Below are positions 50,070 to 61,478 of a DNA stretch of 64,000 bases, one piece after another. Every line of letters begins with the position of its first letter. Position 1 is the stretch's first letter. Source of the stretch: Mobula hypostoma (lineage: Eukaryota); the NCBI RefSeq assembly GCF_963921235.1, contig NC_086126.1:12028001-12092000 (forward strand). Reading direction: 5' to 3'. The translations under genes and the position numbers were made by a program. The notes under the pieces were generated by a model. The model was not told where the DNA came from and made no database searches. It saw only the letters and a list, made by a program, of their open reading frames with translations.

Positions 50070-51496
50070 AAAAACTCTTTTCTGTCAAGGTGAAAATAGA
50101 TCTCTACAAAGCAATCTACATTAATTACAAATATAAACCGCAAAATAATTGATTGCCTATTCACCCCTCTTTACCATGACACACCAAATCATCACTGGTG
50201 CAGCCAATTGGTGTTAGAAGTCACATAAATTAGTTAAATGGGGATCGCCTGTGTGCAGTCAAGGTGTTTCAATTGATTGTTGTAAAAATTCACCCGTATC
50301 TGGAAGGTCCAACTGCTGGTGAGTCAGTATCCTGGCAAAAACTACACGATGAAGGCAAAAGAACACTCCAAGGAACTCTGCAAAAAGTTTATTAAAAGCA
50401 CAAGTCAGGAGATGGATGCAAGAAAATTTCCAGGTCACTGAATATCCCTTGGAGGACAGTTGAGTCAATCATCAAGAAATGGAAGGAATATGGCGCAGCT
50501 GTAAATCTGCCTGGAGCAGGCCGTCCTCAAAAACGGAGTGACTGTGCAAGAAGGGGACTAGTGAGGGAGGCCACCAAGAGACCCATGACAACTCTGGAGG
50601 GGTTACAAGCTTCAGTGGCTGAGAAGGGACAGACTGCGCACATACAACTGTTGCCCGGGTGCTCCACCAGTCGCAGTTTTATGGGAGAGTGGCAAAGAGA
50701 AATCCTGATGTAGTCTGCAAGAGAACTGTGAATTGAGAGATTTGTTTTCCATCAAGACAATGATCCCAAGCATAAAGTCAAACCTACACGGAAATGGCTT
50801 AAAAACCACAAAGTTAATAGAACGGAGAAATCTACAGCACATTACGGCCCCTTCGGCCCACGATGTTGTGCCGACCATGAAACCTACTCTAGAGACTGCC
50901 TTGAATTTCCCTCGTACATAACTCTCTGTTTTCCTGAGCTCCATGTACCTATCTGAGAGGCTGTTAAAAGACCCTATTGTATCCGCTTACACCACCATCC
51001 CCGGCAGTGTCTTCCGCGCTCCCATCTACTCTCTGTGTGAATGTCCTGGAGTGGCCAAGTCAGAGTCCAGACCTCAATCCAATTAAACATTTGCGGCTGA
51101 ACTTGAAAAGGGCTGTTCACTCACGATCCCCGTGCAATCTGACAGATCTTGAGCAGTTTTGAAAGGAAGAATGGGAAAAAATTCCAGTGTTCAGATGTGC
51201 GAAGCTGACAGAGACCTATCCACACAGAGTCAAGGCTGTAATTTCTGCCAAAGGTGCATCTACTAAATACTGACTTGAAGGGGCTAATACTTATGCGATC
51301 AATTATTTTGTGTTTCATATTTGTAATTAATTTAGATCACTTCGTCGAGATCGCTTTTCGCTTTGAAACGAAAGGGTCTTTTTCTGTTTTGATGAATGTC
51401 AAAAAGCCAAATTAAATCCAGTGATTCAATGTTGTAAAACAATAAAACATGAAAAATTCCAAGGAGGGGTGAATACCTTTTTATTCTGAGGCACTG
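50070..51496 (+). mobile_element. Internally deleted Tc1 transposon
   Basis: Transposase pieces (GCKKIS...SIIKKWK...GRP; HQDNDPKH; [11 protein letters not shown]) and terminal CACTG|TA. Confidence 0.85.
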
Positions 51497-54400
51497 TAGA
51501 TAGATTGGTAGGTAGATTGATAGATACATAGGTAGGTAGGTAGATTGATAGATAGGTAGGTAGGTATGCCGATAGGTAGATAGCCAAGTAGATAGATATA
51601 TTGATTGATTAATAGATAGATAAAATAAATAACTTCAAACACAATATGCACAATCCCTGAAAGTTAATGAATAGGTTGTTTTTGAGCTCTCCTTGAGCCC
51701 GGCGGTCCGTGTATCTTCGGCCCGATGAGGGAGAGAGTGGGATGAAGGGAAAATGTCTGGGGTGAACGGATTATGCTGACTGCTCTACCGAGGCAGCAGG
51801 ACCTGCAGACCATAAACACAAGAGATTCTGCTGATGCTGGAAATCGCGAACAAGGCGCACAAGGAGGAGGAGGAGAAGATGGCGGCGCGACGGCAGCGCG
51901 CGTGGCTTCTCCAGTGAATGATATCTGTAATCTGTCAAGTAGGGGACCGTGCACAATCCTGATTTGATGGAGACGGACGTGAGAGTACAGAAGAACATCT
52001 GGAGAAACTTCTGAAATGGCCGCTTCGCTGCCGCTGCTACTGTGTGGTAACCGGAAACTCCAGAGCAGAAGGCCCCGAATCCTCGGCTTTGCTTGTTTCG
52101 CGGCCGGGGTGAGGTCGAAGGCGCTCGGGAGGCTGTCGGCTGCTTCCAAGGCATCGGCAAGTTGTCAGTGCCTGGAGGTTTACGGCAGGGAGTTTCTCCC
52201 TTTTGCCGCCTGCGCTCGGGGACTCGGGAGTCGATCAGGACTTGAGATTTTTTTTTACTCTGCCCATGGTCTGCCCTTTATCAAATTATGGTATTGGTTT
52301 GCACTGCTGTAACTAAATGTTATAACTATGCAGTTCTGTCAGTGTTAGTCTTTGGTTTCTCCGGTTTTTCTGTGATATCACTCTGGAGGAACATTGTATC
52401 ATTTCTTAATGCATGTATGCATTTCTAAATGACAAACAAAGAGAACTGAGTGTTCTCATAATCAAAAACAAACGCCGGAGGAGCTCGACATGTCCAGGCA
52501 GCACCAACGGAGCGGAACAAGCAGGCAAAACAGTAAAAGCTCATCTGGGGGCGTTCCAAATTTCCTTCAGCACCCCTCCCGTGATTGCAATTGTTTGGCC
52601 GCAGAGTCCACGTACAATCTCATTCCAGTCTGCACGCCTCATTGAGGGAGAACCCATCCGCAGCTTGTTAGAATGAGAGATACGAGTGTATGTTGGGGGG
52701 CGGTGCAATTCGCTCGGTGTGGGAGGCGGCGGGATCGTGATGTACGTTTCCGCTGCTGCCAGAGCCCGCGGTACCTCCTGAGGCCCCCGTCCCAGCAGGG
52801 CCGCAGTGACACGCAGCGCGATGGAGGCTGGTCCCCGATAAGTGGGAAAAAGAAATACCCAGGACCTCACAGCCGGTCTGGCAGCGTTTATGCGGGGGTG
52901 GGGGGGGGGAAATAAAGAGCCGACGCTTCGAGCCGAGACCCTTTTTCGGGGCCCCGATGAACGGGGTTCGATCCGAAACACGGACATTTTATTCCTCACC
53001 ATAGATGCTGCCTGACCTGCTGAGTTCCTCCAGCACTTGGTGTCTGTTACTCCGGATTTCCGGCATTTGCAGAATCTCTCCTCTGTTTAAGGGGGAGGGG
53101 GTGAATAAACGCTTCTTGCCAAATCCTGAGAGAAACCGAGTTTTAACAAAAAACAAGGTTTCATGGTGAAGGGGTGCAGGAACTTTCACAGGAGCAGTGA
53201 CGCGGGGTCAGGCTGGCAATGCCTAGGGGGCGCTGCGTTACCCCCAGGAAGGGTCTTGCGCATCGTCGTCGTCCGTGGGATCGCACTGATCTCAAAATGG
53301 CCGAGCTCAGGTGCAACAGTCGGCGTGTGACGGGACACGGATGTGGGGCCTTATGAGATCGGGGTGAGGGTGGGGAAAGGCTCTCGCAATCGACCTCAAT
53401 GAATCGAAGTGAGTGGACGCCGAGATCCCGTGAGACCCACGTCTCCCGATCGAACTCCGGCCTGAATAGAACTCCGCCTGACTCCTTCTGCCGATGGGAT
53501 CAGCCGCCCCTTCCTTAACAAAGATCCAAGTAAACTGATCATCAGAGTATGCTGAAATCTCCATCGGCAATCCCGAAATTCATTTTTGCGGGCATTCACA
53601 GCAGAACAAGGACAGTACAATGGAATCAGTGAAAAACTACGCATGAACTCTGGCAAGCAGCCAATGCACAGTCGATGTCGGGAGCAAACTTAAATATGGT
53701 TTTGGAACTGTAGTTATCTCACAATCGTTAGTGTAAAGTGAGTAGAGCAGGGGGCTAAGCTGATGGAGATGGTGGAGATATCTTACTGAACCCCCGCTCA
53801 TCCTTTCTTCGTTGCGTTGACGCCTTTCTACTCTCCCCTCCCCCACCTCCCCACTCCTCACCCAGCCACCCCGATTCTGCTGACAACACCGCCGCGTTTA
53901 GCGCCGCCGGAAATCTTGGATCTTTGCCTCCACCCTGCCCCAATTCCAGACGCAATGAATGCCTGATTGACGTTCGGTTTACCGCCCCCAGGCTCAGTGT
54001 CCAGGTGCACTTCAAGATCAACGCCAGGTTGGCGTTTTCAGATGCCGTGCCGTTCCTGTTCGTGATTGGAGGGGTGTGTCTGTGTGGGGGCGCTGGGGCG
54101 GGATAGATGGGTGAAACAGATATGAACTATTTAAAAAATATATAGCAGCAGTGATTCTGCAGAATTTGGAAATAGAGTCATGGAGAAGTAGACCACAGAA
54201 ACAGGCCCTTCGGCCCATCTAGTCCGTGCCAAAACCTCTTAAACTGCCCACACCTATCGCACTGCACCTGGACCACAGCGCTCCATATATTCTATCCAGA
54301 AATATACAATTATATACACTTATATATCTGGTTTCGCAATCGCCCTATCATCATACTAACCCTGCGCTCAACGTTGTCGGTTACATCCTTGTGATCTCGT

Positions 54401-54552
54401 CTGCCCACCCGAACCGCCATCTGCTGATTACTTGCTTTTCCAGTTCGGAGAATTCGAATTGTAACATTGCCAGCCTTTTTTTCTCAGAATCCACCTGGGC
54501 AGGGTATATTACCTGGCACCTGCGCTCTCCATCTCCGATCAGAGGAGACACC

Positions 54553-57458
54553 GTGCTGCGGAAACTTCCCCGCCTGAGTCTCCTTTTGGCACGGGGCATC
54601 GTCGGTACCTCTTCGTCGGTGGTAAGTCGTGGAAATGGGATTACTGCAGGAAAATTAGGGGCAATTGATTCTTATTTGCGTTGGGAATTTGCCTTCGAAA
54701 CGGAGGTGAGGCCCGCCAAGTGTCCTGCAAGCGCCCAATCATCGCACCCACCCTGCGCACAACTTTGTCGGTCACATCCTTGTGATCACGCCGCCTCTGC
54801 CATCGCTGCCCCGTTACCCCTGGGTTAGAGGGGGAGGGGTATCAGGGAGGGTTTCTTCTCCCCATTACTGACCGCTCAGCCCTGGGTTAGTTTCAACCAG
54901 GGGTCCTGCATCCCATCGCCACCCGGTGACCCCTCGCTCAGAGAGAGGGGAAATCACCCAGCCTTTCTGCTCCCCATCGTTGACCGGTCACCTCTGGGAT
55001 AGAGAGGGGGGGGGGGAATCAGCCAGAATCCTTACGCGTAGGTCACAGAAAATGAGCATTGTTAATTGCGCTTCCCACTCCTGAATCTATCGAGTTCGGT
55101 TGCGACTGCAAGCCCTCAGGGGGCTCCGTGCCAAAGGACAGACAGCCGGAACTCCTTCGCCAGGATTGCGGCTGTACAGTCTCTGGGATCATGCTGTGTA
55201 GAATGCCCCCCTCACCCCCTACCCCATGCTTCCTCCAAAGCAGTGGTGACTGCACCTTAAGGTTGCGTCCCTGATGTCCCTGATAAACTGTGGGATTTTC
55301 CGGAAATATAGGAGGCGGGCGCCACAGAGATGCGGCTGACCGGCGAGATTCGATGAGGTGACCTTGCTTGCAGGCCCAGACTCTGACGGGCTGCTGGACT
55401 AATGAGCTGGGGTCGACGGCGTACATCAAGAAGGACGAGGACGGGACCCTGCGAGGCTTCTACATTTCGGCAGTGTCCAGCGCTGAGACTCCGGTTGAAG
55501 GGGAACTAATCGGATTCCAGGTCGATATCGAGCAGCCGACCTTTGGGTTTGTGGTAAAGTGGACCTCAGGTACGTTGCTATTCCGCCCGTTCCCTGCCCG
55601 AGCTCCCGGGGCTCTGCGGCTCCCTCCCTCTGTCTCCTCGTCTCCACCTGAGGTGACGCACCCCCGCGGGTGGGAGACAGCGCAGGAGCGCTGCAGTGTG
55701 TGGGGGGGGGGCAGTACTGAGTCTCTCTCAGTCCTGTAGGAGGGGGCGCCACCGAGACGGCCCAGCGCTCTGGGAAGGACGGCAAAACCGAGGGCATGCC
55801 ATGCTGTGGGATGGGGGTCTGAAGAGGGAGCGCGAGGTGGGGGCGACACACTGTGGGAGAGGAAGTCAGCGGGGAGCGCCCCGCTGTGGGAGGGGCGGTA
55901 CTGAGGGAGCGCTGCACTGCGGGAGGGGGACTGTGCTACGGGAGGGCCTGTACTGAGGGTCGGTAGTAATAGGTCAGACATTATTTTAAAATTCTTTCTG
56001 TGCCCAGAGGAGGTCCGGGGGGATGTCTCAGTGTGGACTGGACAGATGTTTGAAGACCAAACTTTGAAGACCATGTGGTTAGCCCGATCACATTCCTCCG
56101 TCGACAGCAACTGGGAGGCGACCGTGTAAGTTCTGAATCTCTTGGGCAGACGCGCAGATCCGGGGGACTGTGCGCCAATCTCTTCACCGCGCCCCAATCC
56201 CACTCCTGAGATCTGAGCTCAAGACTGCACCGTGCGAGGGAGCGCCACACTATGGGAGGGGCTATGAAGAGGAAGGGTTATTGAGTGAACGTCGTACAAT
56301 TGGGGGGGGTAGGTGTCAGTGAGGGGTGGGTAACGCCGCCCTATGGGAGGGGCTGATGAAGAGGAAACGTTGTACAGAGGTGGATGGATGAGAAGGGAGG
56401 GTCGAGCTGCGTGAGTGGGTGGTGAGAGCGGAGGGAGTGTCGGTGATAGGGAAGCGCCGACAGTGGGAGAGGTGGTGAGGGTGGGGGCGAGGAGGGGAGT
56501 GAGAGGGGAGCCAATGAGCAGTGAGTCCCGTCCTGATGAAGGGGCGGTGGGGAGGGAGACTGACAACGAACTCCAGGACATCCTTGGCTGGTGAAAGGCG
56601 CTGCAGAAATGGAGGGATTCCACCATGAAATCCGGCTACTAAGCAAGGATTCAGCTCCGGTGCAAACGGCTGGGAAATTCTGCGCACCAGAATTCCAGGC
56701 GCAAAGGGCTTTGTCCCCGGTCCCTGCGTCACATGTGACGGGTGACACCGTGATTCAGCAAAGTGTTATTCTGAGATTCTGTCCATAACCCCAACTGTTC
56801 CTGTCCTGGGTGTGTGTGATGGCACGGTGGGGAGGGAGCTTCACTCTGTGTCTGACCCTGGGAGTGAGTGATGGGATAGTGTAGAGGGAGCTTCACTCTG
56901 TGTCTGACCCCGGGAGTGTGTCATGGGACGGTGTGGAGGGAACTTCACTCTGTGTCTGGCCCCGGAAGACTGTGATGGGACGGTGTAGAGGGAGCTTCAC
57001 TTTGTGTCTGACCCCGGGAGTGTGTCATGGGACGGTGTAGAGGGAGCTTCACTTTGTGTCTGACCCCGGGAGACTGTGATAGGACGGTGTAGTGGGAGCT
57101 TCACTTTGTGTCTGACCCCGGGAGTGTGCGATGGGACGGTGTGGAGGGAGTTCCACTCTAACCCCTTCTGCCTGCTCACGACTCCCTGTTTTGTGATTAC
57201 CGGGTGGGTACTCCGATGTGACAATTACATAAAGTGACCGGGGGAAGTGAAGCGGGAATTCTCCAGACTGGGTCACTCTGTGAAAGGCGGATCTGAATGT
57301 TCCCAGTTCCACCTGAGTCGTGTCTCTAATCACCTGTCTCTTGCTCTGTTGGAAACAGGACGGGGATGGACGTGTTCACTCGTTATATCGAGAAGTGTGG
57401 ATCCACGGACGGAGACGGAAGTGAGCGGAAATATGACCCCAGCAAGGAAGGCTCGTAG
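54553..57458 (+). CDS. Avidin-like protein B (exons 54553-54621, 55374-55569, 56008-56125, 57359-57458); start codon is GTG
   Basis: GT-AG introns, frame intact: VLRKLPRLSLLLARGIVGTSSSV-AQTLTGCWTNELGS...GFYISAVSS...QPTFGFVVKWTS-EEVRGDVSVWTGQ...MWLARS...NWEATV-TGMDVFTRYIEKCGSTDGDGSERKYDPSKEGS. Confidence 0.8.
56820..57160 (-). repeat. 52-bp minisatellite, about 6 units, in avidin B intron 3
   Basis: GGGAGCTTCACTCTGTGTCTGACCCCGGGAGTGTGT... period 52. Confidence 0.93.
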
Positions 57459-58578
57459 GGGAGATGGGGCGCCAGGTGCGATGGGCACGGCTTCCGCTGC
57501 CTTTCAATGTCTGTAATCGGCCGATAAATCATTATAAATCACAATCTCATTAAAAGAAACATTTTAACCTCCAGATTTCGGTGCCGACTGGACGTGTCTC
57601 TCCATACAGTGAGGGCAGGTGTGGGGAGAGGTGGGAAGGTGCGGACAGTCACAAATAGAGAGCAAGGGCTACGCTGAGGCTAAGTGGGAGGTCGGTAGTT
57701 CGTCCGTAAGTCTTTGAGAGGTCTCCGCTGAAGGGTCAGATAACAGCGGGGTGGCAGCTGTCCCTGATCACGGTGGTGCGTGCATCTTCGGTCCGATGGG
57801 GGAGAGAGAGGGATGAAGGGGGAATGTTTGGGGTCAGTGGATGATGCTGACTGCTCCACCGGGGCAACAGGACCTGCAGACCATAAACACAAGAGACTCT
57901 GCAGATTTCGCGCCGGGACTCTTCATTCCCTGATGAAGCATCCTGACGAGGGGCCTCGGCCTAAAACATCGACCCTTTTATTCTCCTCCAGTGATGCTGA
58001 CCTGACCTGCCGAGCCTCCCCCAGCATTTTTTTATTTGAGTAGAGTGCGGACTCGAATGGAGGGGAGGCTGATTTCCGTGACGATCTGGACTGTGTCCAT
58101 GACCCCGAACAGTTTCTTGCTGTCTTTGCCGTGCAGTTTACCGTACCAAATAAAATATAAAAAATATAGCAGCAGTGATTCTGCAGAATTTGGAAAAGGA
58201 GTCATCGAGAAGTAGACCACAGAAACAGACCCTTCGGCCCATCTAGTTCGTGCCAAAACCACTTAAACTGCCCACACCCATCACACTGCACCCGGACCAC
58301 AGCCCTCCATACTCTACCGTCCAGAAATATACAATTCTGTATAGTTATATATATGACTTCGCAAGCGCCCATTCATCACACCAACCCTGCGCTCAACTTT
58401 GTCTGTCACATCCTTGCGATCACGTCTGCCCACCCCAATCGCAATCTGCCGACTACTCACTTTTTCAGTTCGGAGAATTCGAGTTGTAACATTGCCAGCC
58501 CTTTTTTTCTCAGAATCCACCTGGGCAGGGTATATTACCTGGCACCTGCGTTCTCCATCTCCGATCGGAGGTGACATC

Positions 58579-61478
58579 ATGCTGCGCAAACTTCCCCGCC
58601 TGAGTCTCCTGTTGGCGTTGGGCATCGTCGGTGCCTCTTGTTCCATTGTGGTAAATCGTGGAAATAGGATTACTGCGGGAAAATTAGGGGCAATTGATTC
58701 ATATTTGCGTTGGGAATTAACTCCCCATCGTTGCCCCGTGACCCCTGGGTTTGAGAGAGGTGGGGATTCAGCCAGGGTTCCTGCTCCCCTTCTCCGACCC
58801 CTGGGTTAGAGAGAGAGAGAATCAGACAGGGTTCCTGTTCCCCGTCACTGACCGGTCAACCCTGGGTTAGAGAGACGGGAGATCAGTCAGGGTCCTTACG
58901 CGGAAATCACGGAGATTTGTTAAGTCCGCCTCCTACTCCTGGATCTATCGAGTCCGGTTGCGACTGCGAGCCCTCGGTGACCGGGGCTCCGCGCCGAAGG
59001 ACAGACAGCCGAAACTCCTTCGGCAGGATTGCGGCTGTACCCAGTCTCTGGGATCATGCTGTGTAGAATGACCCCACCCCCACCCCCAATGCTTCCTCCA
59101 CACCAGTGGTGACTGCACCTTAAGTTTGCGACGCTGGCCCTGATAAACTGTGGAATTTTCCGGAAAGGTGGGCGCTACGGAGTTGCTGGTGACAGGCGAG
59201 ATTCGATGAGGTGACCTTGATTTCAGGTCCCGACTCTGGACGGCTGCTGGATTAATGAACTGAATTCGACGGTGACCATTACGGTGGACAAGAACAGGAC
59301 CCTGACAGGCACCTACAAATCCGCAGTGTCCACAAATGGGACATGGGCTGAAGGGGATCTAATCGGATTCCAGGTCGATATCGAGCAGCCGAACTTTGGG
59401 TTTGTGGTAAAGTGGACCTCAAGTACGTTGCTAATCCGCCCGTTCCCTGCCCGAGCTCCCGGGGCTCTGCGGCTCCCTCCCTCTGTCTCCTCGTCTCCAC
59501 CTGAGGTGACGCACCCCCGCGGGTGGGAGACAGCGAAGGAGCACGGCAGTGTGTGGGGTGGGCAGTACTGAGACTCTCTCAGTCCTGTGGGAGGGGCGCC
59601 ACCGAGACGGCCCAGCGCTCTGGAAAGGACGGCAAAACCGAGGGCATGCCATGCTGTGGGATGGGGGTCTGAAGAGGGAGCGCGAGGTGGGGGCGACACA
59701 CTGTGGGAGAGGAGGTGAACGGGGAGCGCCCCGCTGTGGGAGGGGCGGTACTGAGGGACTGTCACGCTATCAGGGGGATGATCCGGGGGAAGTGTCACAA
59801 TATGGGACTGCTGCACTGCGGGAGGGCCTGTGCCTGTACTGAGGGACGGTAGTAACAGTATTTTAAAATCTTTTCTGTGCTTAGAATCGGTCTGGGGGAG
59901 TGTCACAGTGTGGACCGGACAGATGTTTGGAAAAGATACTTTGATGACCATGTGGTTACTCCGATCAAGTGTCTCCGTCGGCAGCAACTGGGGGGCGACC
60001 CGATAAGTCCTGAGTCTCTTGCGTAGACGCGCAGATCCAGGGGACCGTGCGCCAGACTGTTCACCGCGCCACAATCCACGGGGTCGTGAGGTCAAATCCC
60101 ACCCCTGAGATCTGAGCACTGAGGGGGCGCTGCCCTGTGCGAGGGAGCGCCGCGTCATGTGAGGGGCTGTGAAGAGGAAGCGCCACGCTACGGAAGGGGT
60201 ATTGTGTGAGGGTCGGACAGTGGGCGGGGGTGTAGGGATGAGTGAGGGGCGGGTAGCGTCGCCCTATGGGAGGGGCGGTTAAGGAGGAAACGTTGTACAG
60301 AGGTGGATGGATGAGGAGGGAGGATCCCGCTGCGTGAGTGGGTGGTGAGAGCGGAGGGAGTGTCGGTGACAGGGAAGCGCCGACAATGGGAGAGGTGGTG
60401 AGGGTGGGGGCGGGGAGGGGAGTGAGAGGGGAGTCAATGAGCAGTGAGTCCCGTCCTGATGAAGGGGCGGTGGGAAGGGAGAGTTACAACGAACTCCAGG
60501 CTGGTGAAAGGCGCTGCCGAAATGGAGGGATTCCACCTTGAAATCCGGCTACTCAGCAAGTATTCAGCTCCGGTGCAAACGACGGGGAAATTCTCCGCTC
60601 CGGGAGAGAGCCCTGAGGGTCCGGAATTCCAGGCTTTGTTCCCGGTCCCTGGGTCACACCGTGATTCACCAAAGTGTTAGCCCGAGACTCTGTCCGCAAC
60701 CCCAACTGTTCCTGCCGTGGGTGTGTGTGATAGAGGGAGCTTCACTCTGTGTCTGACCCCGGGAGTGTGTGATGGGACGGTGTAGAGGGAGCTTCACTCT
60801 GTGTCTGACCCCGGGAGTGTGTGATGGGACGGTGTGGAGGGAGCTTCACTCTGTGTCTGACCCCAGAAGTGTGTGATGGGACGGTGTGGAGGGAGCTTCA
60901 CTCTGTGTCTAACTCGGGGAGTGTATAACAGGACAGTGTAGAGGGAGTTCACTCTGTGTCTGACCCCGGGAGTGTGTGATGGGACGGTGTGGAGGGAGCT
61001 TCACTCTGTGTCTGACCCCAGAAGTGTGTGATGGGACGGTAAAGAGGGAGTTTCACTCTGTGTATGACCCCGGGAGTGTGTGATGGGACAGTGCAAAGGG
61101 AGCTTCGCTCTGTGTCTGACCCTGGGAGTGTGTGATACGACAGCAAACAGGGAGTTTCACTCTAACCCCTTCTGCCTGCTCACAACTCTCTGTTTTGGGA
61201 TTACCGGGTGGAAACGCTGAAGTTACCCGGACTCCGATGTGACAATTACATAAAGTGACCGGGGGAAGTGAAGCGGGAATTCTCCGGCCTGATCACTCTG
61301 TGAAAGGCGGATCTGAATGTTCCCAGTTCCACCTGACTCGTGTCTCTGATCACCTCTCTCTTTCTCCGTTGGAAACAGGACGGGGATGGACGTGTTTCGG
61401 CGTCGTAAAGAGCAGTGTGGATCCACGGACGGAGACGGAAGTGAGCGGAAATGTGACCCCAGCAAGGAAGACTTGTAG
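58579..61478 (+). pseudogene. Avidin-like gene C (exons 58579-58650, 59227-59422, 59885-60002, 61379-61478) with mutated exon 3 donor
   Basis: Open frames in all exons, but the exon 3 donor reads CG|ATAAGT where A has CG|GTAAGT; read-through gives CGA TAA. Confidence 0.75.
60720..61165 (-). repeat. 52-bp minisatellite, about 8 units, in avidin C intron 3
   Basis: Same unit as 17455-17915, inverted. Confidence 0.93.

Noticed and set aside
54226-54828. 200-aa ORF (and 20921-21370, 58399-58809)
   Set aside because: Only the roughly 24-codon signal-peptide exon is coding; the rest is promoter and intron sequence.
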